Assembly (NCBI GenBank): GCA_017450695.1
Contig: JAFSTA010000109.1
Location: 8,301 to 72,300, forward strand
Source: Kiritimatiellia bacterium
GTDB taxonomy: Bacteria > Verrucomicrobiota > Kiritimatiellia > RFP12 > UBA1067
DNA: 64,000 nucleotides
Direction of reading: 5' to 3'
Shown here piece after piece: positions 47,135 through 56,733 of this stretch. The position numbers and the translations under genes are program-made. Each line of letters starts with the position of its first letter. Position 1 is the first letter of the stretch. Under the pieces are notes generated by a model. That model saw only the letters and a program-made list of their open reading frames with translations. It was not told the DNA's origin and searched no databases.

Positions 47135-47989
47135 TCACCGAAACGGGATTGCCCCCGGAAGGGAGGCGACCAGTCCGCCTCGGATATTTCCCGCGCGTGC
47201 CGCCTCTTCTGCGGAGGCGCCGTTTAGCCAGGATGCGATAAAGGCTGCGGAAAAGGCGTCGCCTGCGCCTACAGTGTCAACGGGCTTATCGGGGGTGGCG
47301 GGGCTTTGGAACTGCCGTCCTCCCGCTTCGCTGACAAGGCATCCTTCCGCACCGAGCGTGGTAATCACGGCTTTTAGGCGTGGATACTCCTGCAACAGGA
47401 ATGCGGCGAATCCGCGGATATCGAGTTGCCGTCCACTCAGAATGGCAGAGAGTCGATTTGATTCCTCGTCATTCAGTTTCACAAACGTGGCATACGGAAG
47501 ACTTGTCCGGATCACCTCTTCGTTCCAGAACGACTGGCGTAGGTTCACATCGAAAAACACTTCGGAATCCGAATACGCATCGAGCAGACGAAAGAGCGTC
47601 GTGCGGGAAACTTCCCCTCGCTGGGCGAGCGTGCCGAAATAAAAGGCGCGCGGAGATTCCGGCAGGGGAGTTCCGTCCGGGACTTGGATGAAGTCCCATG
47701 CGACATCCGTCTTGATGTCGTAGGTCGGGATCCCGTTCAGTAGGGTTGCCACGACGGTTCCAGTCGCGTGTACGGGATCATCCGTGATGAACGACGCATC
47801 CACATGAAGGGATTCGACTTCCTGCCGTGCCCGTACGCCCAGTTCATCGGTCCCGATACGCGACACGAGGGCGGAAGACAGACCGCAGAGGCGAAGATGC
47901 GCCGCGAAATTGAAAGCTGCCCCGCCGATATAGGGAACGCCGTCAATCACATCCCACAGTATTTCGCCAAAAGCCAGCACATCAGACAT
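47135..47989 (-). CDS. PfkB-family carbohydrate kinase (fructokinase-like)
   Basis: Start ATG 47989 (MSDVLAFGEILWD). C-terminal DTVGAGDAFSAAF PfkB signature. 284 aa. The longer ORF in the track runs into the tRNA. Confidence 0.85.
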   Translation of the reverse strand: MSDVLAFGEILWDVIDGVPYIGGAAFNFAAHLRLCGLSSALVSRIGTDELGVRARQEVESLHVDASFITDDPVHATGTVVATLLNGIPTYDIKTDVAWDFIQVPDGTPLPESPRAFYFGTLAQRGEVSRTTLFRLLDAYSDSEVFFDVNLRQSFWNEEVIRTSLPYATFVKLNDEESNRLSAILSGRQLDIRGFAAFLLQEYPRLKAVITTLGAEGCLVSEAGGRQFQSPATPDKPVDTVGAGDAFSAAFIASWLNGASAEEAARAGNIRGGLVASLPGAIPFR

Positions 47990-48019
47990 AAGCCCCCCCC
48001 TTTGCCGAAAAAAGAAAAG

Positions 48020-48104
48020 TGCCAGAGGTGGGAATCGGACCCACACGGGAGTCACCTCCCAGCGGATTTTAAGTCCGCTGCGGCTGCCATTACGCCACTC
48101 TGGC
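48020..48104 (-). tRNA. tRNA-Leu (anticodon UAA), 85 nt with long variable arm
   Basis: Manual fold. Acceptor GCCAGAG/CTCTGGC plus discriminator A. Anticodon stem GCGGA/TCCGC with loop CUUAAAA (U33, anticodon UAA, A37). Extended variable arm TGGGAGGTGACTCCCGT. T-arm GTGGG/CCCAC. The T-loop reads TCCGATT (C at position 55 rather than the usual U). No encoded CCA. Confidence 0.75.
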
Positions 48105-48580
48105 AAAGAAGGACTTTATCATACCGAATTTTTTCTCTCCCGAAAAGCGCAAATATTTGGGTGACTGGGAATCGTTGGCAACTGGTGATTTCTAGCTTTC
48201 AGCCTAAATTACTCTATTGGACAAAACCACGGAATACATGGATCTCACGGAATCTGCCGCTGAGGGCACTTCGCGTGACCACGAAAGGCGTCGGCGGCAC
48301 GGAGGTCGAAAAGAAAACCAAAGGCTTTTCGCCTACAAGCGTACGCGTTGCGACAGAAAAGCGATTCCCCCAGATGGTGAAAGACGGTCTTGTTCAAGAA
48401 ACTTACCCTCATGTACATTTCTGCGTGAATGCAGGCAGTGGGCTTGCCTATACGTTCCGAATTCTGAACGAGATGTTCGAAGAAGCGGCACTCCTGCCGA
48501 TTCATTCTGCGTTCCGAAAAGCGACAAGAGTGTCGCTTCCCCGATTTTGCGGCAGGTCCTCCTCCGCGTGAAACAAACTT

Positions 48581-48660
48581 ACCACCCAACTACCCAACCA
48601 CCCAACTACCCAACCACCCAACTACCCAACCTCCCAACCACCCAACTATCCAACCACCCA
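48581..48660. repeat. Tandem repeat, 16-nt unit ACCCAACTACCCAACC x ~5 (last copies degenerate)
   Basis: Read directly from the sequence. Related CCAACYACC/GGTTGGGTAG motifs mark the ends of other repeat modules (21361-21400, 25510-25545, 46700-46740). Confidence 0.9.
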
Positions 48661-48663
48661 TGC

Positions 48664-49989
48664 CTATCGCCTACTCTGGCGCCTACCCACATACAACGAG
48701 AGTGCGCCGTAGGTCCAGTTGGGTTTGGGCATTCCGGGAAAATTGATGCGATCCATTGTGAGTAGCAGGTATCGGTGCGGGGTACCTTCGGGCAATTCGA
48801 CAAACGCGGGCCAGCCGCGTCCGTGCGGCCATCCCTTCGCTTCACCCCACGGCGTGGGATGAAGTGTCAACGTGCCCAGTTTCTCCAGACCGGGATATGC
48901 GTACACATAGTAGGCGCGGTCAACACTGCCGCTCAGACAGTAGGGGACACCGTTCATCCGCATGATGGTCGTGCCGGTGGAATCCTCCGTGACCGGTCCT
49001 GCAATCGGCGAGAACCCGCCGTCCCACCTGTCGCTCTCCAGCATCCTCGCACGGATTCCCGACTTGGTGAACTCCGAAACGAAGAGCCGCCACTTCTTCG
49101 CGTCCGCATCCCAGAATCCGCAGGGGTCTTCGTTCATGCCGGCAAGACCGAGGTTCTTTGCCCGCATGATGTGGAATCCTTTCAGCGGGCATTCCGTTGA
49201 CCAAATGGCGTTGATGCCGCCTTGTGTACGCCCGCCCGTATTATCTTGTCCTGTTGAAAAGTTGCTCGCCCAGCCGCGCCATTCCCCACTCTCCTCATCG
49301 AAAAAGAGGTGCGCGGCGAGGTCGTTGCGCAGCATCCCGTCCCCATAGTCGAAGAGGATTAGTCCCTCGTAACGGACACCAGTTTCCGGGTGCGCGGGAT
49401 CGAGGCTGCCGACACCGAGCGCAGAATTGAAAAAACGCGCCGAGAAGGTGAAAAAGAGCCGTCCGTTTTCCCTGTACGGCGCGAGACTACGTGCGCACGT
49501 CACAAATCGCACGTCCGCCTGTCCCACCCCCGCCGAAATCGTGGCGGTGACTTTCCCTGCACCGCCCGCAGATCGGACCGCGAGAGAAGAAATGTACTCC
49601 TTCCGGCATGGGTTGAATTCTGCGGGGAGTGAACCGATGTAACTTAGGCGCGTCTTGCCGTCTAGGGTCGTGAAGACCGCTGGCTTGAGCCGACCGGAAA
49701 GCGCAAGATGCATCACGTACGGGGGTGCGACATTCGTCGGTGCGGCGAACCGCGCGAGCACGTTTCCGGCGGCATCTTCCACACGCAACTCGGCAGGCAA
49801 CGACGTCACCTCTGTCGCGTAGTGAGCCGCCGGGAGGAAAGAGACGCCGGCGGGAAACGGCAGTTCCCCATCGAACACCATTCTTCCCGTCCAGACACGC
49901 TGAAAATCCAAATCCTGCGGAGCCGCCGTTGCCAATAACGCCCCTGCACACCATGCCAAAACCATCCACCAATTTTTCACCAGTACCAA
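48664..49989 (-). CDS. Secreted hypothetical protein (possible beta-propeller glycoside-hydrolase-like fold)
   Basis: 441 aa. Signal peptide MVLVKNWWMVLAWCAGALLATAAP. No confident family call. Confidence 0.4.
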   Translation of the reverse strand: MVLVKNWWMVLAWCAGALLATAAPQDLDFQRVWTGRMVFDGELPFPAGVSFLPAAHYATEVTSLPAELRVEDAAGNVLARFAAPTNVAPPYVMHLALSGRLKPAVFTTLDGKTRLSYIGSLPAEFNPCRKEYISSLAVRSAGGAGKVTATISAGVGQADVRFVTCARSLAPYRENGRLFFTFSARFFNSALGVGSLDPAHPETGVRYEGLILFDYGDGMLRNDLAAHLFFDEESGEWRGWASNFSTGQDNTGGRTQGGINAIWSTECPLKGFHIMRAKNLGLAGMNEDPCGFWDADAKKWRLFVSEFTKSGIRARMLESDRWDGGFSPIAGPVTEDSTGTTIMRMNGVPYCLSGSVDRAYYVYAYPGLEKLGTLTLHPTPWGEAKGWPHGRGWPAFVELPEGTPHRYLLLTMDRINFPGMPKPNWTYGALSLYVGRRQSRR

Positions 49990-50207
49990 CCTTCCTTTCC
50001 CACGTTTCGTCGCGCGAAACGGAAACTATCATACCATGAAAATTCCTTCTGGGAAAGTCGGGGCTGTTTGAGCGGATGCCGGGCTTGCCCATACATTCCG
50101 AGCGAGACGTTCTGGGAAGCGGCACTTTTGCGGCTATGCCGCTAAATGGACCTTCGGTCCTAAGTGGGCTATGCCCTAAGTGACGGCTGGTGCCGCCTAA
50201 GTAAGGG

Positions 50208-50681
50208 CTACGACATTCGGGGAAGCGGCACTCCTGCCGTTTCTGTTGTCACGCAAGATAGACATTCCTCCCCCCAACACCGCTCGATTTTGTCATTGGT
50301 GTTGTAGGCAGGTGTGAGAAGAAGCACACGCAGACCTTGTGCAGGACCACATTTCACCTTTGTCATCATCTTCGAGAACGCATCCCAGTTGGTGTAGTGG
50401 TAGTACGACGTATGTGTACTCCCGCCATTCTCCAATCGTTTTGTAAATTCCGACAGGAAAACCGCTTGCCAACATTGATGCGGTGTGTCACTTCTTCTCT
50501 CATCATCATTCCAACTCGCACTCAGATAGTCCTTTCCATCACTATTTTCAAAGAAATCAACAAACCATGTTGCCACTCGTGCGTACGGAAGGAATTCAGG
50601 CAATTTATAATCCTTTATCGCTAGGCGTGTTTCATCATCCAGACCAAGCGCGATCTGAAAAAGCGAGTTCCCACCCTCCAT
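50208..50681 (-). CDS. Hypothetical protein, first gene of the low-GC island; C-terminal ~12 aa encoded by repeat DNA
   Basis: 157 aa, low GC. Its 3' end (50208-50250) overlaps the GGGGAAGCGGCACTCCTGCCG repeat hairpin. It may be truncated. Confidence 0.35.
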   Translation of the reverse strand: MEGGNSLFQIALGLDDETRLAIKDYKLPEFLPYARVATWFVDFFENSDGKDYLSASWNDDERRSDTPHQCWQAVFLSEFTKRLENGGSTHTSYYHYTNWDAFSKMMTKVKCGPAQGLRVLLLTPAYNTNDKIERCWGEECLSCVTTETAGVPLPRMS

Positions 50682-50781
50682 TTCAGAGCGTATGAAATTA
50701 TTTGACGAACATCTTTCATCTGATAACTCCTTTTCCGTTAGACAGATCTGGATTCATGCTCCGAATTTAACAATAATCCCC

Positions 50782-52029
50782 TCACTTCGCCACACGTGAC
50801 TGTTCCAAGGGTTTCAACGCATCCTCAATTTGTAAGCCCAAATAAGGAATTACCTTGACATCTGTATCACCCAAAAACTCGCCGGGGTTGAACAAGTTAT
50901 GCCTGCTGTTCGTTTGAATCACTATTTTTGCCACGAACGCCTTGCCCCTTGAGGCATGTTCAATGAGTACAATTGCATCATCAATCGTTTCATTCTCCTT
51001 CTGTATTTTTACAGGTATCAGACATCCGTCTCTCCGAATAAATCCATCTATGCCCTTGTTCCGCTGGACGGGGATGGCATTCAGCGAAGCAAGGATGGAG
51101 TTTTCCAATTCATCTTTCTCGCTGAACGACTCTATGCCGGAAGCTAGAACCTGAGATTCGGAAATGACCATCTCATCCAGACGCTTCCGAGCAAGTAGAA
51201 CCGCATCCTCGCTTTTGTCTATACCATAGAAATGCCGCGATAGGGATTTCGCGGCGACGCATGTAGTCCCGCTCCCGCAAAAGGGATCAACCACGACATC
51301 GCCTTTGTCCGTGACCAATTCGATTATCCTCTGCAGAAGCGCAACGGGCTTCTGCGTTGGATAACCGCACCGTTCCTTGGCTTTTGGATTCAGATATGGT
51401 ATGTTCCATACGTCGGAAAGCGGAACGCCCTTTTTCTCCTTTGCCAGCACGACCTCACCAGCCTCATTCCGCTTGTAGGAACACCGCCCCAAAGCGTTCC
51501 GTGCCCGCTCCTGCAGAATCTGGTCAATGTTCGTGGCCGGAGAGTAGTCGGTAAAGAATTGATTGAACTTGAATGCGTCGCTTTTGCTATAGAAGTAGAT
51601 GTTCTGATGCGAATTCAACAGACCTTTCTTGGAGTTGGACCACCTCCTGTACGTCCAAATTATCTCGCTTTGGAAATTCTCTACGCCAAAAACCTTGTCC
51701 ATTTCCTCTCTAAGATGATGGGACGCGTATCGGTCGCAGTGGAGGAAAATAGACCCATCTTCGGATAGCACCCTACGCGCCTCGCGCAGCACAGGGACGA
51801 GCAAGGCCAGATAGTCTTCTAACGTATCGAACCTGTCGTCAAAACTGTATTTCTGTCCGGTTTCCCTTGAGGTAAGGCCATGAGATTTCTGGGAAAAGAA
51901 CGGGGGGTCGAGATATACGAGGTTCATCGATCCTGAAGGCAATGCTTCCAGCTCAACCAAAGCATCTCCGCAGACAACTAAATCGACTCTCGACGAATCA
52001 AGCATTTGCCAACTCCCTCTCGTTTGCAA
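50782..52029 (-). CDS. Beta-class DNA amino-methyltransferase (N6-adenine or N4-cytosine), with ~120-aa extra C-terminal domain
   Basis: 415 aa. Motif IV LVYLDPPFF precedes motif I VDPFCGSGTT (beta-class order). Overlaps the upstream endonuclease gene by 32 nt. Low-GC island. Confidence 0.85.
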   Translation of the reverse strand: MQTRGSWQMLDSSRVDLVVCGDALVELEALPSGSMNLVYLDPPFFSQKSHGLTSRETGQKYSFDDRFDTLEDYLALLVPVLREARRVLSEDGSIFLHCDRYASHHLREEMDKVFGVENFQSEIIWTYRRWSNSKKGLLNSHQNIYFYSKSDAFKFNQFFTDYSPATNIDQILQERARNALGRCSYKRNEAGEVVLAKEKKGVPLSDVWNIPYLNPKAKERCGYPTQKPVALLQRIIELVTDKGDVVVDPFCGSGTTCVAAKSLSRHFYGIDKSEDAVLLARKRLDEMVISESQVLASGIESFSEKDELENSILASLNAIPVQRNKGIDGFIRRDGCLIPVKIQKENETIDDAIVLIEHASRGKAFVAKIVIQTNSRHNLFNPGEFLGDTDVKVIPYLGLQIEDALKPLEQSRVAK

Positions 52030-52696
52030 TCTGTTCGAGGATGGATTTCATATCAATCCCTGTATATCTTCTGATGAACGCCCATGCCTCATCATCTGAG
52101 TAATACTCTCCCTTGACGCCGTGATAGAGCGTTTTCAGGTTTTCCTGTATTCTCTTTGCCTGTTCGCGTTGAGGATAGTAGAACATCACCCTGATTGGCT
52201 TCAACTTCTGCTTGCGGATGGATTTAACCCTCGCATGTTCTTTCGTGATATGGTCGCCATCGGTTGTTGCATCTCGCCATTTGATTTCAAGTGCATCAAC
52301 GCCATTCAGGAAATCTATCTCGTACTGTTTCGGACGAGTCCCGAAAGAGTTAGGGACATGAGCTTTCCTCCCTTTCGGAAATTTCCGTCTGAGACATTCG
52401 ATGGTAGCTTCTTCAAGAAACGATCCGGCGTACTTATACAAGAACCGTCCCTTGTTTTGATAGAAATCAACCAATTCACCTTCCCGTTGTGATATTCCCA
52501 AGACACGATAAATAAGAAAATGTGATCGGTCGTCCGTTTTCATCTCCTCTCCCCGCTCTTCAATCTTTGAATGCAATTCCTTTTCATACTTGTCTGCCAG
52601 ATTCCTTATCGATTCGTATATAGATATGTACACTTTCGTTTTGGTATTGGCTTGTCCGTCAGTAGGAACCTTGATCGTGTTTCTCGATGTTACCAT
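51998..52696 (-). CDS. Putative type II restriction endonuclease (PD-(D/E)xK)
   Basis: 232 aa. Candidate catalytic EIDFLNGVDALEIKW (D...ExK). The position, immediately upstream of and overlapping the MTase, supports the call. No sequence-level family identification. Confidence 0.5.
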   Translation of the reverse strand: MVTSRNTIKVPTDGQANTKTKVYISIYESIRNLADKYEKELHSKIEERGEEMKTDDRSHFLIYRVLGISQREGELVDFYQNKGRFLYKYAGSFLEEATIECLRRKFPKGRKAHVPNSFGTRPKQYEIDFLNGVDALEIKWRDATTDGDHITKEHARVKSIRKQKLKPIRVMFYYPQREQAKRIQENLKTLYHGVKGEYYSDDEAWAFIRRYTGIDMKSILEQIANERELANA

Positions 52697-53160
52697 TGTT
52701 TCACCTCTCTTTCAGTATTTCGAACCCGTGCATTTTTGACAATCCACTTGCCGTCATTTGTTGCACCTTTGCGAACAAGTAACACAACTTTCTTTAAGGC
52801 TCGGACAGAAAGCCACAAGCCATTCTCAAAGATATTGAATGTTTGATCAAGTCTAACAAAATCCATTTCCGAGTGTTCTGAAAGGATAGGCAGATTTTTT
52901 CTGGCGTTCTCCCTGCTGTAACTTCGATGGACTCTCGTCAAAACATCAAAATCGTGTTTTATACCTCCGCTTATGGTAGTTCTTACTTTCTTCTCTCGCT
53001 TCTGAATCGTTAGCCTCCTGCTAGAACATTCCACGATGCGGACAAATGGTGAAAGTCGGGCAAAAGTGGACAAAAATGTACCCGTGGCGTGGTGCAAGTC
53101 CGTTTGCGTCATGTCACGATCAATCAACGGTTTCCAGAGCTTTTTGTAGCTTAATGTCAT
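52690..53160 (-). CDS. XRE-type HTH protein, possible R-M controller (C) protein
   Basis: 156 aa. N-terminal HTH-like LWKPLIDRDMTQTDLHHATG.... Overlaps the endonuclease gene start by 7 nt. Low GC. Confidence 0.4.
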   Translation of the reverse strand: MTLSYKKLWKPLIDRDMTQTDLHHATGTFLSTFARLSPFVRIVECSSRRLTIQKREKKVRTTISGGIKHDFDVLTRVHRSYSRENARKNLPILSEHSEMDFVRLDQTFNIFENGLWLSVRALKKVVLLVRKGATNDGKWIVKNARVRNTEREVKQW

Positions 53161-53364
53161 AGTACTCTTTTAACTTGATGGTATCATTATAGCATTTTTC
53201 TTCTTCTGAATCAATGCCTGAGCCAAAAAATGGAATGAAAACATCAACATCCAAAGAGAGTCCGTTCTATTTGCACATCGTTAGTCGCAGAGAGTTCTTT
53301 CTTGACTTTTGGGCCGTCCTGTCGCAAGCTATTGCTTTCAGATTGAAGGGAGAGCGTAATTGCT

Positions 53365-54105
53365 ATGTTTGAATCATTTTTGAATCTACCCTTGGCGGGT
53401 CTTGTGAAGGGGTTTTTGGACTCCAATGCGGTCGGTATCCTCATTGTGATCATCCAGCTTGTATTATCCGTGGTGGCGGGTGCGATTTTCTTCGGGAAGC
53501 TCAAAGAACTGAATGCCGTGAAACGCGGTAACCAGCGGTTCATGCGCGAGTTCCAGAACGGGCGCGATGTGCTGGAGTATTATCTGGGCCGCAAGGCGCA
53601 GCGCCAGAGCGTGTCGTTGGAATTGATGTATGTCAAGACTTGCGAGCGCATGGTCAAGCTGATCGACCCGCTGACGCGTGGCCGGGCCATCAAGGGTGCG
53701 GACGCGCGCGAGGCCGTGGCGTTGACCGGAAAGGAGATCGCCCTGCTGCGCGGCAACTGCGAGCATGTTGCCGAGGATGAGGAGATTCGCCTCGACAAGG
53801 GGATGACCTTGCTCGCCTTCATTGTGACCACGGCGCCGATGCTCGGTCTGCTCGGAACGGTGTGGGGCGTGTTGGACGCTTTCGACCTGATGGGCGGGAA
53901 GGGAACTGTCCTGCTCTCCGAGATTGCCCCCGCGATTTCCTCCGCGCTGGTGACGACCGTCGTCGGTCTGATCGTCGCGATTCCCTCGTCCGGCGGGTAC
54001 AACTGGCTTTCGGGAAAGATTCGTGAGATCACGTCGGATATGGACGGATTCCTCGACGAACTGCTGGGCAGGATCGCCCGCGAGTACCAGGGGAGGGATG
54101 ACTGA
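53365..54105 (+). CDS. exbB: MotA/TolQ/ExbB-family proton channel
   Basis: 246 aa. Three TM segments, TolQ/ExbB-like sequence (TAPMLGLLGTVWG). Confidence 0.85.
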   Translation: MFESFLNLPLAGLVKGFLDSNAVGILIVIIQLVLSVVAGAIFFGKLKELNAVKRGNQRFMREFQNGRDVLEYYLGRKAQRQSVSLELMYVKTCERMVKLIDPLTRGRAIKGADAREAVALTGKEIALLRGNCEHVAEDEEIRLDKGMTLLAFIVTTAPMLGLLGTVWGVLDAFDLMGGKGTVLLSEIAPAISSALVTTVVGLIVAIPSSGGYNWLSGKIREITSDMDGFLDELLGRIAREYQGRDD

Positions 54106-54503
54106 TGTCTCGCAGAAGACGGGAGAAGCGGCGTTTTTGTGAGATCAACATGACGCCGCTGATGGATATGACCTTCCTGTTGCTGATCACCTTCATCATC
54201 ACGATGCCGGCGATGGAGCAGGGGATTTCGATCAAGCTGCCGCAGGGCAACGCGGATATCATTCCGAACAAGAAGTCGAATGTCGTCACGCTGGACGCGG
54301 AGGGCGGCATCTTTCTGAACAACCATCCCTTGTCGCTGGATGCGCTGGAGAAGGAATTGGGTACGATGGCGGCGGAAGATCCGAACACGGCGGTGCAGGT
54401 GCGCGCCGACGAACGTCTTGACTACGGAAAGGTGATGCGCGTGATGAAAATCCTGTACAAGGTGAAAATCACACGCATGGCGCTGGTGACGCTGGCGGAA
54501 TAA
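54105..54503 (+). CDS. exbD: ExbD/TolR-family biopolymer transport protein
   Basis: 132 aa. INMTPLMDMTFLLLITFIIT N-terminal TM typical of ExbD/TolR. ATGA overlap with exbB. Confidence 0.85.
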   Translation: MSRRRREKRRFCEINMTPLMDMTFLLLITFIITMPAMEQGISIKLPQGNADIIPNKKSNVVTLDAEGGIFLNNHPLSLDALEKELGTMAAEDPNTAVQVRADERLDYGKVMRVMKILYKVKITRMALVTLAE

Positions 54504-54509
54504 AACACG

Positions 54510-55322
54510 ATGAGGGAATCCCCGTACAGTCTTTCTTCTCCCGCGATGCGGATTTCGCTGATTTTTCACGGCGTGTTCATTCTCTTGTTGATCGGATACA
54601 CCTATTACAATCAGCTTTTCCGCAAGCGGCTGCCGCCTGAACCGCTCGACTTCACGATTGTGCTGCCGCCGGCGGAAATGCAGATGGAGGAGGATGTTCC
54701 GCAGGAGAAGGAACAGGAGGCGATCGTGGAGACGCCAGTGAAGGATGCGGTGCAGATCGAGAAGCCGAAACCGAAGCCGCCGGAAAAACCGAAGCCGAAA
54801 CCGGTCGAGAAACCGAAACCGAAGCCGAAGCCCGTGGAAAAACCGAAACCGAAACCGCCGGAGAAAAAGCCGTTCCAGAAAGGGAAGCGGATCGAGGCGC
54901 CGCCCAAGCCGAAGGTCGATTTCAGCAAGTTCAAGCGCGTGACGACGATGGAGTCGAAGGAGAAGCCGTTGAGCGCGGCGGAGATTCGCAAGGCGTTACA
55001 GGCGGGCGCGCGCATCGGGACGCGCAACCAGATTCCCGAAACGGAGATGGGGCGTTGCGTCGCTCTCGTTCGCAACGCGCTCTATGAGGCGTGGGAGCAA
55101 CCGTCCGTTTCCGAGGCGGGACGGCAGCCCGCGCACTTGGAGATTCGCCTGGATTTGTCGGGGCGGATCATCAGTTATCGGATCGTGCAGTCGTCCGGCA
55201 ACGCCTTCTTCGACCAGAGTGTCCTGAAGGCGGCGTTGAACACGGAACCGATCCGTGGGCTTTCCGTCGAGTTCCTGAAACAGTTCGAGCGCTTGACGGT
55301 CGAGTTCAAGTTGCAACAGTGA
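54510..55322 (+). CDS. tonB: TonB-family energy transducer
   Basis: N-terminal TM. (K/E)P(K/E)P-rich linker (EKPKPKPVEKPKPKPKPVEKPKPKPPEK). C-terminal TonB domain. Alternative start at ATG 54546. Confidence 0.85.
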   Translation: MRESPYSLSSPAMRISLIFHGVFILLLIGYTYYNQLFRKRLPPEPLDFTIVLPPAEMQMEEDVPQEKEQEAIVETPVKDAVQIEKPKPKPPEKPKPKPVEKPKPKPKPVEKPKPKPPEKKPFQKGKRIEAPPKPKVDFSKFKRVTTMESKEKPLSAAEIRKALQAGARIGTRNQIPETEMGRCVALVRNALYEAWEQPSVSEAGRQPAHLEIRLDLSGRIISYRIVQSSGNAFFDQSVLKAALNTEPIRGLSVEFLKQFERLTVEFKLQQ

Positions 55323-55352
55323 TTTCTTTCAAACAAGAAAGGGTAAAGTGAA

Positions 55353-56729
55353 ATGAAAAAGGTTGGATTCGTCTCTCTCGTCTCCGCGTTGTGCCTGAGC
55401 GCCTTCGCGCAAAACTCCGTGAATCCGGTCCCGCAGTCGGCGGACGCGAACAGCTGGTGGCAGAAGCGATTCGCGCAGAAGCACGAACTGGTCAAGGCCG
55501 GTGGCTCCAAGATCGTGTTTATCGGTGATTCGATCACGCACTTCTGGGAAGGCAACGGCAAGGCGCAGTGGGAAAAGTATTTTGCGGGCGAGCCGTACCG
55601 CGCCTTGAATTTGGGATACAGCGCGGACCGTACCGAGCACGTGCTGTGGCGGTTGGATCACGGCGAGTTGGACGGCTATTCCCCCGAGGTGATTATCCTG
55701 ATGATCGGCACGAACAACACGGGACATCACAAGATCGACGACGAACCTCCGATGGATACCGTGATCGGAATCAAGGCGGTGCTGGACAAGATTCGCCAGA
55801 AGGCGCCGCAGGCGCGGATCATCCTCCACCCGATCTTCCCGCGCGGGGAGAAGCCGGATGACGGTTTCCGCGTCCGCAACGAGATCGTGAACAAGGAGAT
55901 CCGCAGGTTCGCGGATGACCGCTCGATTGTCTGGTGCGATTTCAACGACCAGCTGCTGACCACCGACGGAATCCTGACCGCCGAGATGATGAAGGATCGT
56001 CTGCATCCCGGCCCGGTGGGATACGAGATTTGGGCGAAGAGCGTGATCCCCGTGATCAACCGTTGCCTGGCGGAGAAGCTGGATCCCGTCGCCGCCACGC
56101 CCTCGCCCGCGATGGGCTGGCTCGGTCGCATGGGGGAAAAGCGGCGGCAGGTTCTCGCCAAGGCCGATCGTGCCTTCGACGTGGTGGCGATCGGTGACTC
56201 GATCACGCACGGCTGGGACAGCCGGGACAAGGCGCCCGTGATCCAGAAGTACTTTAGCCTGTATTCCTTCCTGAACCTCGGCAACTCCGGCGAGCGGACG
56301 CAGCATGTTCTGTGGCGCGTGCAGAACGGCGCGTTGGCGGGCTTCAAGGCCAAGTGCATCCCGCTGATGATCGGCACGAACAACTGCCGTTCCGACAAGC
56401 CGGAGGAGGTTGCGCTCGGCATCCGCAAGATTTTGGATGCCATCCGCGAGAAACAGCCCGACGCCGTAATCCTGCTGAACCCGATTTTCCCGCGTGGCGC
56501 GAAGCCGGACGATCCGTTGCGTGTCGCGAATGAGAAAGTGAACGCGATCATCAAGGACTACGCCGACGGGCAGAAGATCCTGTGGGTCGATTTCAACAAG
56601 GACTTCCTGCAAGAGGATGGCACGCTGACGAAGGACATCATGCCCGATTACCTGCATCCGTGTCCCAAGGGCAGCGAGATTTGGGCGAAAGCCGTCCTTC
56701 CTTATCTCAAGCAGGTGATCGGAAAGTAG
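55353..56729 (+). CDS. Secreted tandem SGNH/GDSL hydrolase (two PAF-acetylhydrolase/sialate-O-acetylesterase-like domains)
   Basis: 458 aa. Signal peptide. Two GDSIT(H) nucleophile motifs (res ~55 and ~280). Two ...D(Y/R)LHP catalytic His blocks. Confidence 0.85.
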   Translation: MKKVGFVSLVSALCLSAFAQNSVNPVPQSADANSWWQKRFAQKHELVKAGGSKIVFIGDSITHFWEGNGKAQWEKYFAGEPYRALNLGYSADRTEHVLWRLDHGELDGYSPEVIILMIGTNNTGHHKIDDEPPMDTVIGIKAVLDKIRQKAPQARIILHPIFPRGEKPDDGFRVRNEIVNKEIRRFADDRSIVWCDFNDQLLTTDGILTAEMMKDRLHPGPVGYEIWAKSVIPVINRCLAEKLDPVAATPSPAMGWLGRMGEKRRQVLAKADRAFDVVAIGDSITHGWDSRDKAPVIQKYFSLYSFLNLGNSGERTQHVLWRVQNGALAGFKAKCIPLMIGTNNCRSDKPEEVALGIRKILDAIREKQPDAVILLNPIFPRGAKPDDPLRVANEKVNAIIKDYADGQKILWVDFNKDFLQEDGTLTKDIMPDYLHPCPKGSEIWAKAVLPYLKQVIGK

Positions 56730-56733
56730 AGCC

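Noticed and set aside
47135-48106. Longer 323-aa form of the PfkB kinase ORF
   Set aside because: The N-terminal 39 codons run through the tRNA-Leu gene (48020-48104). The conserved kinase sequence begins at ATG 47989.
53365-55322. MotA-like/ExbD/TonB genes as part of a Zorya-type defence system
   Set aside because: The architecture is a canonical ExbB-ExbD-TonB (the TonB has a KP-repeat linker and a TonB C-terminal domain). There is no ZorC/ZorD and no helicase adjacent. The SNF2 helicase lies 50 kb away in a different operon.
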